From a virus (taxonomy: Duplodnaviria; Caudoviricetes), in IMG/VR virus record IMGVR_UViG_3300037751_000749, positions 1 to 33,477 of that record: 33,477 nucleotides of DNA; one strand, 5' to 3'. Below are positions 25,184-33,477 of this stretch, piece by piece. The notes under the pieces are model-generated. The model was not told where the DNA came from, ran no database searches, and saw only the letters and a program-made list of their open reading frames with translations. Position 1 is the first letter of the stretch; each line of letters starts with the position of its first letter. Made by a program: the position numbers and the translations under genes.

Positions 25184-26512
25184 CTAGACCCCGGTCACCT
25201 CGCAGAAAGCCGCGGGGCGGTAGTGCACCATCGCCACCCGCAGCCCGGCCCGCACCGTCACCCGGCCGTCCGTGAAGTCGTCGTTCACGAAGCCGACCGC
25301 GAGCTCGAGGCCCTGGCGCACGTGCAGCGAGGAGAAGCGCGCGTAGTCGCCCACGAGCATCGACCCCTCGGTCGCCGCGGTCGTCAGCACCACCGGCAGG
25401 CCCCAGATCTGCGTCGGGCCCGCCTCCGAGGGCGATCCCCAGATGTAGATCCCGTCCGCCGTCCGCAGCAGCCGCACCGCCTGCCAGTCCGTGGGGTGCG
25501 AGAACACCACGTTCGGCAGCGCGCGGCCGGTCACGCGGCAGAGGTCCATCCCCTTGTAGACCGCGTCCGGCACCGGGTCGGCGCCCTTCGCCTGCGTGTT
25601 GATCGAGCCCACGTTGTAGGTCCCGGTCAGGTTCGGCGGCGTCCCGTTGCCGGCGAGGATCTGGCCGTCGAGGCGCTGTCGCACCATGAAGCCGAGCCGC
25701 TGGTCCACGTACGCTGCCGCGCCCGCCTCGTCGGCGAGCTGCTCGTCCGTCATCGGCAGCGACGTGCCGATCGACCGCACCGTCACCGACTGCTCGGTCA
25801 GCGCGAGCGTCGATTCGGCGTAGGCGCCGCCCTCGGAGCGCTCCGCCGCGGAGTTCGTGAAGGTGGTCTCCTCCATGTAGACGATCGCGGACTGCGTCGT
25901 CGGCAGCGTCGGGATCGCGTCCGTGACCTCGATCTCCCGCTGCGCGTCCAGCACCACGCGACCGGTCCGGGTCGTCTCCGGCGCCCAGCCCGCGGTCGTC
26001 TCGAACACCGCCTTCATCTCGAACGGCGACTTCGCCTCGATCACCGCCTGCGCGTCCAGCTCCTCGACCAGGAAGTTCCCGCGCTCGCGCTTCGTGGCCG
26101 CGGCGTATGCGCCCGACTTCACGAACGCCTGGCCGAGCGACATCCGCTTCGGCGCGTCCTTGTCAGGGTCGGGGTCGCTGCCCGGCGCGAACTTCGTCGG
26201 GTCCGCGCCCGCCGGCCGCTGCCCCGCCTTGCGCGCACGCTCCGCGTTCGCCTTGATCGCGTCCATCGCGTCGAGCTCGGCCGTCCGCTCCTGGAACCAG
26301 CCCAGCTCGTCGTTCATCGCCGCGATCTGCTTCGCCAGCGCCTGGCCATCCGGCGCCTCGATCGTCTTCACCAGCTTCGGGTCGAGGTGCTCGCCCGCTT
26401 CCTCGAAGACCTTGTGCAGCCGCTCCCCGCGCTCCGCCACGCCCTTGCGCACGTCCTCCGGGCTCAGCGACGCGATGTCTTCCTTGCGCTCCACCTTCAC
26501 GGCGAATGTCAT
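25184..26512 (-). CDS. HK97-fold major capsid protein with N-terminal delta domain
   Basis: Coiled-coil N-terminus; AERSEG, QILAGNG, HPTDW..VRLLRTADGIYIWG, IWGLPVV, VGDY, RPAAF. Confidence 0.96.
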   Translation of the reverse strand: MTFAVKVERKEDIASLSPEDVRKGVAERGERLHKVFEEAGEHLDPKLVKTIEAPDGQALAKQIAAMNDELGWFQERTAELDAMDAIKANAERARKAGQRPAGADPTKFAPGSDPDPDKDAPKRMSLGQAFVKSGAYAAATKRERGNFLVEELDAQAVIEAKSPFEMKAVFETTAGWAPETTRTGRVVLDAQREIEVTDAIPTLPTTQSAIVYMEETTFTNSAAERSEGGAYAESTLALTEQSVTVRSIGTSLPMTDEQLADEAGAAAYVDQRLGFMVRQRLDGQILAGNGTPPNLTGTYNVGSINTQAKGADPVPDAVYKGMDLCRVTGRALPNVVFSHPTDWQAVRLLRTADGIYIWGSPSEAGPTQIWGLPVVLTTAATEGSMLVGDYARFSSLHVRQGLELAVGFVNDDFTDGRVTVRAGLRVAMVHYRPAAFCEVTGV

Positions 26513-26524
26513 CGTTCGACCCTC

Positions 26525-27283
26525 CTACGCTGCCCCGGACTGCCGGGCCCGCAACTGCTGGTAGCGCAGGAACTGCGCCACCAGCGCTCCGTCTTCCTTC
26601 GGATCCGCTGTCTCCGCGAGCAACCGCTCCAGATCGCCCGTCGTGGACTTCAGCGCCTCCGCCAGCCCAGACAGCCGCTCCAAGTTGTCCCCGGACAGCG
26701 CGCGCCCCTCCGTCGCCCGGAGGTCCGCCCGCGCCTTCACCCGCCCGACGTACTCCCCGACCAGCTCGGAGATCCGCTCCCCGTGCTCGACGAACGTCAG
26801 GCCCGACTCCATGCCCTTGATGTCGACCGTCCGCGTGTCGACCCCCGCGCCCTTCAGCACCGGATCGACCGAGAACACGTCCAGCTCCTCGATGAAGCGC
26901 ACGTCCCGGCCTTCGTGCTCCCCGAAGGACTGCCGCTTCACCCGGTACACGTAACTCCATTCCTGGAGCTCGCCGAGGTTCTTCACCGTCTGGTAGGTGT
27001 CGCGCCCGAACGCCGTGTCGAGGAAGAACTCCCCGTCCACGATCGCCTCGTTGTCGGTCTGCTTGATCGCCCCGCGCCCGACGGGCAGCTCCCACGTCTT
27101 GTGGCCCCACGACCCGACGATCACCGGCGCGCCGCTCTTGAACGCGCCCGGTCGGGTCACGTCCTGGTCGGCGTCGATCACATCGAAGGTGGCGAAGACC
27201 GCCGAGAACGCACCCTCCTGGTCCGCCTTCAGCTCGAGGCGGAGGGTCTTGCGCTCGTTGACATCGGTGGTCTTGGACGGCAC
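26525..27283 (-). CDS. HK97-type prohead protease
   Basis: FATFDVIDADQDV..PGAF, WGH, LPVG, EWSY, SVDPVLKGA. Confidence 0.92.
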   Translation of the reverse strand: MPSKTTDVNERKTLRLELKADQEGAFSAVFATFDVIDADQDVTRPGAFKSGAPVIVGSWGHKTWELPVGRGAIKQTDNEAIVDGEFFLDTAFGRDTYQTVKNLGELQEWSYVYRVKRQSFGEHEGRDVRFIEELDVFSVDPVLKGAGVDTRTVDIKGMESGLTFVEHGERISELVGEYVGRVKARADLRATEGRALSGDNLERLSGLAEALKSTTGDLERLLAETADPKEDGALVAQFLRYQQLRARQSGAA

Positions 27284-27432
27284 ACGAACCTCAGCTGCCT
27301 GAGGCCCGTGACTGGCGGGGCCGTGTGGTTGGACCGTGGGCGCCGGTTACCCGGCGCGGCGCCGGCTACCGGCGCGGTCCGTGTTGCGTAGGGCTAGCGC
27401 CGATGATGGACGCAACGGTGCGGGGATGTCAA
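27284..27432 (-). promoter_or_regulatory. Head-gene promoter with operator-like IR and structured leader
   Basis: TTGACA-N18-CATCAT; GTTGCGT/ACGCAAC inverted repeat around the -10; twin GCGCCGG-loop-CCGGCGC hairpins. Confidence 0.6.
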
Positions 27433-27602
27433 CGGGTGAGCAGTTCCGCGAGCTCCCGCTGCTCCTCCGGCACCGCCCGGATCTCCCGGCAGCGCTCGCA
27501 CGTCACCAGCGCCGGGTCGAGCGTCACCAGCCGATGCGCGCAGGTGATCCCGCAGGCCGCATGCCCGTTCGTCAGCCAGTGGGTTTTCCTGAGATAGGCC
27601 AT
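27429..27602 (-). CDS. Small Zn-finger protein
   Basis: THW...AACG...VTCERC; GGGAGG RBS. Confidence 0.65.
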   Translation of the reverse strand: MAYLRKTHWLTNGHAACGITCAHRLVTLDPALVTCERCREIRAVPEEQRELAELLTR

Positions 27603-27627
27603 CGCCCGCCTCCCTGGGACCGGGGAA

Positions 27628-28293
27628 TCATCGCGCCTCGTCCGGCTCCTGCAGTCCGTAGCCGCGGACCATCTCCTCCGCGACCTCCCGCAACCGCGGA
27701 TCATGCTCCCGCCAGTCGTACGCCACCGGCGGCGTCTCCACGCGGTGGTTCACATCCCGCGGCACCGTCGCCAGCGCCGCCCGCAACCGCTCGCGGTCCA
27801 GCTTCAGCCCCCCCAGCCGGCATAGCGCGTCCAGCGCCGGCGCCGGCTCCTCGAGGCGGAACCGCACCACCGGCACCTCGTCCCGCCCCACCCGCGCATC
27901 CAGCCACTGGTTCGCCACGATCCAGTACAGCAGCGACCGGTCGATCTCGCTCAGCGACTTCACCGCCAGCGCCGGCCACTCGGATCGCCGCCGCTCACCC
28001 CAGCCCTGATCCCACATTCCCCGCCCCACCAGCGACGCCACCACCAGCCGCGGATGCCGGATCACGTGCCCCAGCGCCCGCATCCCCGGCAGCCCCGCCA
28101 GGTCCGTGCAGCGGTACACCCCGTCCGAGCTCACCTCGACCTCGCCCGCCCGCGACGCCTCGAACCTCACCACGCCTCCGCTTGCCGTCATCACCAGCCG
28201 CTCATGCGTCGCGCTCACCCCCGCCGCCGACAGCACCTCCGCCAGGTACTTCGTCCCGCTCCGCGCGCACCCCGTGATGTACACCCTCGTCAC
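27628..28293 (-). CDS. PAPS-dependent sulfotransferase family protein
   Basis: 5'-PSB loop VYITGCARSGTKYL, THE, 3'-PB motif HVIRHPRLVVASL, RLEE, C-terminal YGL; GTG coupled to the upstream stop. Confidence 0.85.
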   Translation of the reverse strand: MTRVYITGCARSGTKYLAEVLSAAGVSATHERLVMTASGGVVRFEASRAGEVEVSSDGVYRCTDLAGLPGMRALGHVIRHPRLVVASLVGRGMWDQGWGERRRSEWPALAVKSLSEIDRSLLYWIVANQWLDARVGRDEVPVVRFRLEEPAPALDALCRLGGLKLDRERLRAALATVPRDVNHRVETPPVAYDWREHDPRLREVAEEMVRGYGLQEPDEAR

Positions 28294-28466
28294 GCCGGGC
28301 CCGTCGGGTAGCGCGGCTCCCGGCGCTGAAGCGCCTCCCGCCGCCGTAACGCCGGCGAGCGCACCTCGACCTCCCAGCCGCAACTCCCGCATACCGCTCG
28401 TCCGTAGTCCGAAGTCGCGGACACCTCCGAGAGGAACCGCCCGCAGTGCGGACATCGCAGCTCCAT
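28290..28466 (-). CDS. Com-like zinc-ribbon protein
   Basis: MELRCPHCGRFL...AVCGSCG matches the Mu Com pattern (RCxxCx+LL...CxxC). Confidence 0.7.
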   Translation of the reverse strand: MELRCPHCGRFLSEVSATSDYGRAVCGSCGWEVEVRSPALRRREALQRREPRYPTGPA

Positions 28467-28502
28467 GGTGTCCGGACGGGCCCCCGCGGGACGTGCCACC
28501 AC

Positions 28503-29885
28503 CTACGCGTCCGCCGGAACCGTCACCGGCGCGAGGCCCAGGTGCACCAGCGTCACCGGGTCGAACCCCACGACCGCCGCCGCCGCCGACGGCTCCACGC
28601 CGGCACGGATCAGCGCGCCGTACGTCTCGGCCTGCAGCCGTACCCGGTTCAGCTCCGCGTCCGCCTGCGACAGCGGCGTGAACACCGTCTCGTCGTCGTC
28701 GAACGGCGGCTCGTCGTTCTGCGCCAGGATCCGCTCGACCGAGGTCATCCCGTTCATCAGCGCGAGCCGCTGGATCTCCGTCCGGTCCTTCGGCGCCGCC
28801 GACAGCAGCGAGTCGAACTTGCCGCGGTACTGCAATCCGGGATCCACCCACCGCGTCGCGTACGCCTCGATCCCCGCCTGCAGGAGCTGCACCAGCGGCC
28901 GCAGCGTGAACCGCTCGAGGCCGCGCGAGAACTCCGCCACCCCGCTCCCCCACGTCGACGGCTTGTCCACCATCCCCGCCACCGTCGGCGGCACCCGCCA
29001 CAGCGCCATCAGCACGCTGAACACCCGATCGTTCTGCTGGATGAACTGCGCGTCCACCATCGACATCATCCACGGCTGGAGCTTCAGCTCGGGCCCGCCC
29101 AGCACCGCCACCCCGCCCGCGTTCGAGCCGCTGTGCAGCGCCAACATCCGCGCTGCCAGCTCCTTGGCGGCCACGTCCTCGACCGCCTCGCTCGAGGTCA
29201 GCACCGCCGAGGGCGAGAACCCCTTGCCCGCCAGCCGCGCCGCCTGCTCGTCGTACGCCTCCGCCAGCCCGATCAGCTCCGCCGCCATCCGCACCGGCGA
29301 CACGGGGTCCAGCCGGCCGGGGAGCTGGTAGCGCGGGATGAACATGAACTCCGGGCGCCGGTCCTGGCGGTTGAAGAGCTCCAGCGTCTCCCCGCCCTTG
29401 CGCACCTTGAGCTTCAGCCCGCCGTCGTCCAGCCGCTCGAGGCGCGACGCTGTCGGGTCGATCGGCCAGCTCGCCGCCAGGCTGCCGTCGTTCAGCCACC
29501 CGTTCATCGCGTACGCGACGCCGTGCAGCGCCAGCGACATCGTCAGCGTCGCCGTCCAGCCCATCCGCGTCTGGTCCGTGTTCGCCATCCGGTCCCAGAG
29601 CGGGCGCAGCGCCGGCGGCTCCGCCGGCTGCCGCTGCACGTCGTCCTTCTCGACCAGCTTCCACACCAGCGACCCGATCTCGTCCGCGAGCAACGTGACC
29701 GCGATCCACACCGCCGCGACCCGCAGCGCGCCGTCCGCCTCGACCACCCGCCCGGAACGCGTCCGCACCCCCACGTGATCGATCTGGCCGGTCGTGCCGC
29801 TGAACGCCGGGAACACCCCCGAGCCGCCCAGGTGCGAGATGGTGAGCGCCTTCGCCAGCGCCGGACCGAGTACCGGTGGTGTCAT
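28503..29885 (-). CDS. HK97-type portal protein
   Basis: ALRVAAVW.AVTLLA, LALHG.AY, SPV, GG.AVL.G, DAQFIQ, ..WRVPP...G, STWGSG. Confidence 0.93.
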   Translation of the reverse strand: MTPPVLGPALAKALTISHLGGSGVFPAFSGTTGQIDHVGVRTRSGRVVEADGALRVAAVWIAVTLLADEIGSLVWKLVEKDDVQRQPAEPPALRPLWDRMANTDQTRMGWTATLTMSLALHGVAYAMNGWLNDGSLAASWPIDPTASRLERLDDGGLKLKVRKGGETLELFNRQDRRPEFMFIPRYQLPGRLDPVSPVRMAAELIGLAEAYDEQAARLAGKGFSPSAVLTSSEAVEDVAAKELAARMLALHSGSNAGGVAVLGGPELKLQPWMMSMVDAQFIQQNDRVFSVLMALWRVPPTVAGMVDKPSTWGSGVAEFSRGLERFTLRPLVQLLQAGIEAYATRWVDPGLQYRGKFDSLLSAAPKDRTEIQRLALMNGMTSVERILAQNDEPPFDDDETVFTPLSQADAELNRVRLQAETYGALIRAGVEPSAAAAVVGFDPVTLVHLGLAPVTVPADA

Positions 29886-30094
29886 CGTTCGCCTCCATCC
29901 GGCCTGCGCCGGTCGCGGCCGCCCCGCTCGACGTTGGCGAGCAGCGCGAGATACCCCCCGACAATGATAGGCGCGAGCCACGGTTGGACCATCGCCACCC
30001 CGCCCGCGATCAGCCCCACACCCGCCAGCTCCGAGGCCCACGCCAGCGGCCGCGATCGCCGCAGCTTCCGCCGCCACATCCGGCGCTCCTGCAT
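29882..30094 (-). CDS. Small two-TM protein between terminase and portal
   Basis: ELAGVGLIAGGVAMVQPWLAPIIVGGYLALLA; coupled at both ends. Confidence 0.75.
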   Translation of the reverse strand: MQERRMWRRKLRRSRPLAWASELAGVGLIAGGVAMVQPWLAPIIVGGYLALLANVERGGRDRRRPDGGER

Positions 30095-32814
30095 CACCGC
30101 TCCTCGCCCGCGATGTAGACCGAGATCCCGCGCCGCTTCCGTGGCTGCCGCCGCTTCGACGCCGGTAGCGCCAGGTAGTCCATCCGGCACAGCCGCGCCA
30201 GCATCGCCCCCGCCAGCCCGTCCACCTTCCGCGAGCTCGAGCGGTGCTCCTTCCCGAAGGTCATCCCCCAACGGTTCGGCCGGTTGCGCGCGTTCAGCGC
30301 GTGCTGGCGCAGCGCCGGATCGCCGTCGTGCGTGAACGGCAGCTCCCCCGACGCCAGCCGCTCCCAGCGCTCCTCCGCCTCCACTGAGCCCAGCAGCGAC
30401 ACCGACTCCACCACCGCGTCGTGCAGCGCCTCCGATGCTCGCGTCGCCTGCTGCTGACGCCCCCGCATGTCCCAGCCGATCGGGTGGTGCGCCGTCGCCC
30501 GCACGCAGAGGTCCTCGCCGAACTCCTCCGCCCACTGGTCGATGTAGCTCTCGAACGGGTGCACGTCGCTGTAGAACCCCACCACGTCCCAGCGTTCCCG
30601 CGCTAGCGCCACCTCCGCCGCCACCAGCGGCCGCGGGATCTCCTCGCCCTCATAGTCCGCCGGGTCCCAGATCCCCAGCGTGAACTCGTGCCCCGTCTCC
30701 ACGTCGCAGCCCACCAGCGCCGTGTGGTCGTCGGTCTTCGACCCGTCCAGGCCCAGCGTGATCTCCCGCCCGCCCACCGGCCACCAGGGCGCCGCTAGCT
30801 GGTCCCACTCGTGCGGCGCGAAGTACGCGTCCTCCGCCGCCACCAGCTGGTTCAGGTAGAACCGCCGCGACGTCGAGGGCGTCGTCCGCGGGTCGTAGAT
30901 CTCCTCGATCAGCCGGTCCGGGTCCACCCACTCCGAGTCACCGCGGGCCGCCAGCAGCCCCGCCATCAGCGATTCGCGGTCCGCCAGCCGGACGTCCGCC
31001 GGCGCCTCGAGCGAGTCGTAGAGGAACCCCTTCGCCCTCGAGCTCCCCTGGTCGATCCGCTGCCACGCCTCCCAATCCGCCTCCGCGTCGGAGTTCTCGC
31101 CGGGGTTGTGGGCGTTCGCGATCGCCAGCACCCGCGTGCTCCCGTCCCGTGACTTCGCCGCGTTGCGCGCGATCACCGCCGACATCTCCGGCCCGTCGGT
31201 GCTCTCCAGCCAGTTCTGCGTCTCGTTTTTCAGCACGAACGTCGGGCGCCCGCCCTCCAGCGCTCGCGGCGAGCTCGTCACCGCCTCGATCCGGCACCGC
31301 CCCCGGTGCGCGTAGATGATCTCCTTCCCCAGGTCGATCGAGTACTCCGCCAGCGCCCGCTTCGAGAACATGCCGGGGAACAGCGTCATCGTGTTCCGCG
31401 TGTTGTGAGTGAGAATCCCGCCCTCCACTTGGAACAGGTGGGTCTCGGTGTCGACCCCGATGCACTTCACCGGGACGCTCTCGACCTGCTCGACGTCAAC
31501 CACATACCGATAGCGGCCCACCGGGCTCGGCGAATCGGACTGGCGAGCCCGCTTTGCGTTGAGGCGAGCGAGCGGGCGGGTGTCCGAGCGGAACTGAACG
31601 ATCCAGGCATCATTGTCCCGAGCGCGCACCCACGGCGTGTAGCCGAGGGTGCGCGCCAGTTCGACGAAGCCCTCGACCAACCGCCGGTTCGTGTTCGTGA
31701 ACCGCACCGCCCCGTCCCTGGTGATCCCTCCGTCGGAGTCGACCAGGCCCTGCAGAAGTGCGCGGCGCTGTTCGGTACCGGCGCAGAGGTAGCGGTCCGG
31801 CACGTGCTTGTTGCGAAGGAGTCCCGCGGCGCGCAGCCGCTCAATCAAAGCCGCACCGTTCGTCGCGTGGCGGCTGGCGTTCCGAATGTTGACCGCACCC
31901 GCGTCGCCGCCCGCGTGTGAGAACGACAACACCTCGTACGGCCCGAGTAGCGGGCGCAGGATCGTCGCGATCTCATCGCGGAGGCTCCAGCGGATCGCGA
32001 TCGTGCCGTTATTTCGGTTCCCGTCACCGAGCCACAGGCCGAGGATGTAGGGGTCTACTGGCAGGTCATCGACGGCAGCCGACTCGATCCCGGCGACCGG
32101 AATGCGTATCCGGCGCCGGCCCAGCGAGTCGAGATACCCCTCCGCCAATTGCTCGGTCGTCAGCGTCTCGACAACGTGCCGATCGCCATGCGGTCGTAGC
32201 CGCTCGACAGTCCAGCCGTGCCCGCCCGACGCGATCACCTGCTGGCCGTCGTCGAACGTCACCCGGTGGCAGTCCAGGCCGGTCATCACCTCGGTTTCGC
32301 GAGTGACGAGTTGGGCGTCCCCACGCTCGTCGAACACCCGATCTCCGACTCGGATCCCCGCCACACACTTCCACCCGTCAGGCGTTCTCACCCGCGTGTC
32401 GAGCGCGAGGGGCTGGTCCTTCGCCACCGCCGCCGTCTGGATCCACGCCGACCGGTGCGGCACCGCCACCGGCGCTCCGTCCGCCGCGAACGACGCGAAG
32501 CGGCACGGCCCGACGAACTCGATCGCGCACAGCGTCGCCGCGAACGGGTCCTTCCCCCACCCCTTCATCCGCCGCAGCATCCCGCCGCGGTAGATGAAAC
32601 GCCCCCGCTCGTCGAGCGCGAACCACCACAGCAGGAACCGCAGCTGCTCGGCCGTGTAGCGCCACGGCTCGCCCGCCCGCGGCCCGTCCGGCTGCTCCAG
32701 GTACCGCATCGCCCACGACGCCCCCTGGTATCCGATCGTCAGCGGCGGCACCCCGCGCGGCCCGATCCGCACACCCGTCGAGGCTGCCGCCGTCGCCGGC
32801 GTCGCCGTGGTCAT
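30094..32814 (-). CDS. terL: Terminase large subunit containing an intein
   Basis: Walker A RRMKGWGKD, Walker B-like FVLKNE, nuclease LGLDGSKTDD, KVDG. Confidence 0.96.
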   Translation of the reverse strand: MTTATPATAAASTGVRIGPRGVPPLTIGYQGASWAMRYLEQPDGPRAGEPWRYTAEQLRFLLWWFALDERGRFIYRGGMLRRMKGWGKDPFAATLCAIEFVGPCRFASFAADGAPVAVPHRSAWIQTAAVAKDQPLALDTRVRTPDGWKCVAGIRVGDRVFDERGDAQLVTRETEVMTGLDCHRVTFDDGQQVIASGGHGWTVERLRPHGDRHVVETLTTEQLAEGYLDSLGRRRIRIPVAGIESAAVDDLPVDPYILGLWLGDGNRNNGTIAIRWSLRDEIATILRPLLGPYEVLSFSHAGGDAGAVNIRNASRHATNGAALIERLRAAGLLRNKHVPDRYLCAGTEQRRALLQGLVDSDGGITRDGAVRFTNTNRRLVEGFVELARTLGYTPWVRARDNDAWIVQFRSDTRPLARLNAKRARQSDSPSPVGRYRYVVDVEQVESVPVKCIGVDTETHLFQVEGGILTHNTRNTMTLFPGMFSKRALAEYSIDLGKEIIYAHRGRCRIEAVTSSPRALEGGRPTFVLKNETQNWLESTDGPEMSAVIARNAAKSRDGSTRVLAIANAHNPGENSDAEADWEAWQRIDQGSSRAKGFLYDSLEAPADVRLADRESLMAGLLAARGDSEWVDPDRLIEEIYDPRTTPSTSRRFYLNQLVAAEDAYFAPHEWDQLAAPWWPVGGREITLGLDGSKTDDHTALVGCDVETGHEFTLGIWDPADYEGEEIPRPLVAAEVALARERWDVVGFYSDVHPFESYIDQWAEEFGEDLCVRATAHHPIGWDMRGRQQQATRASEALHDAVVESVSLLGSVEAEERWERLASGELPFTHDGDPALRQHALNARNRPNRWGMTFGKEHRSSSRKVDGLAGAMLARLCRMDYLALPASKRRQPRKRRGISVYIAGEER
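31402..32412 (-). mobile_element. Class 3 intein (337 aa) with LAGLIDADG endonuclease
   Basis: AVAKDQ|PLALDT...HGW...VKCIGV...ILTHN|TRNTM; ILGLWLGDG and LLQGLVDSDG; codon usage is visibly AT-richer than the exteins. Confidence 0.92.
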
Positions 32815-32817
32815 CGC

Positions 32818-33432
32818 CTACCCCTCCCGCGCCAGGCGGCGGCGCATCTCGGACAGCTCATCGACGATCTCCCGCTCCTCGTCGCCGTCGGACTCCTCGC
32901 CCCGCTCCAGCTCCACCCGCGCCCGCCGTCGCGCCCCCTCGGTCGTTAGCAGCTCACCCATCGCCGACCATACCGCCGCGAACCCCACCGCCGAGAGCCG
33001 CGCCGAGGCCAGCAGCCGCGTCATCGCCTCCGCCACCAGCACCGCCGCCGCCCAATCGCTCGGCTCGTACAGCGCCGCCTGCCCCGACTCCTTCAGCGAC
33101 CGGTACCAGCGCCGCGCGATTGGGTGCGTGTTCTCCGGCAGCTCCGCGTCCAGCTCCTCCCGCTCGAGCTCGATCAGCCGCGCCAGGATCGCGCGCTGCA
33201 CCGTCACGCGCCGCTCCACGGCCGCCCCCGCCTCGAGCACCGGCCGGCTCCGCTCCGCCCGCACCCGCGCGATCACCTCGCGCGCTCGGCCCTCGGTCAA
33301 CCCCGCGGCCGGATCTGCCGGCGCCCGCGACGGCCGGGCCGCCGGCACCTGAACCTTCGCCGGCTGCGAATCCTTGTTCCGTCGCCGCCGCTCGGTGCTC
33401 CGCTTCGGGACCGGCCCCCGGGTCCTAGGCAT
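32818..33432 (-). CDS. terS: Terminase small subunit (actinophage-like)
   Basis: GPVPKRS.ERRRRN, HPIARRWY.SL..SGQ...Y.PSDW, LLTTEG.RRR.RVEL. Confidence 0.88.
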   Translation of the reverse strand: MPRTRGPVPKRSTERRRRNKDSQPAKVQVPAARPSRAPADPAAGLTEGRAREVIARVRAERSRPVLEAGAAVERRVTVQRAILARLIELEREELDAELPENTHPIARRWYRSLKESGQAALYEPSDWAAAVLVAEAMTRLLASARLSAVGFAAVWSAMGELLTTEGARRRARVELERGEESDGDEEREIVDELSEMRRRLAREG

Positions 33433-33477
33433 CGCCCGCCCCTACGGCCTCGAAACCCGTACACGACGGAAGATGCC

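Larger units (their letters stand above)
1..33477. mobile_element. Temperate siphovirus-like phage genome (partial), excised attP configuration
   Basis: Terminase, portal, HK97 protease and capsid, tail tube, tape measure, holin, tyrosine integrase, cI/cro switch; the tRNA-derived att core is flanked by phage genes on both sides; no host genes seen. Confidence 0.96.

Noticed and set aside
27628-29964. 778-aa ORF as a single protein (likewise the long 5' extensions of 16133-18535, 9212-10285, 4552-5736 and 6946-8130)
   Set aside because: The upstream parts overlap real genes in another frame; true starts were set by RBS, coupling or promoter position
33433-33477. cos/pac site upstream of terS
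   Set aside because: Too little sequence and no recognisable signature

Overview
Most of the genome of a very GC-rich (about 70% or more, estimated by eye) temperate siphovirus-type phage. It is apparently in its excised form, because the 3' half of a tRNA-Gln(TTG) attP core (8535-8583) sits internally between the integrase and the lysis genes. The minus strand from right to left carries: TerS; TerL with a class-3 LAGLIDADG intein; portal; a Com-like Zn ribbon, a sulfotransferase and a Zn finger; HK97 prohead protease and capsid; head accessory proteins; connector and terminator; tail tube; an inserted HNH; tail chaperones; tape measure; a beta-helix protein; tail-tip proteins; and a lysis cassette whose endolysin slot holds a metzincin (HEVGHALGRHH) protease next to an r1t-like holin. 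Left of attP are the + strand repressor, lipoprotein, integrase and moron. Beyond them is a tightly coupled leftward early operon (Cro, Xis, TIR/NDT-like protein, HerA-like ATPase with tandem wHTH, MT-A70 methylase, start of a replication initiator). The most notable points are the protease-type lysis cassette (hinting at a peptidoglycan-poor or S-layer host such as Dehalococcoidia; inference), the com-like/sulfotransferase pair, three promoter plus multi-hairpin RNA elements, a 23-bp perfect inverted repeat spanning a gene junction, and a 20-bp direct repeat bracketing a moron. All calls come from motif reading and synteny; no database searches were run.
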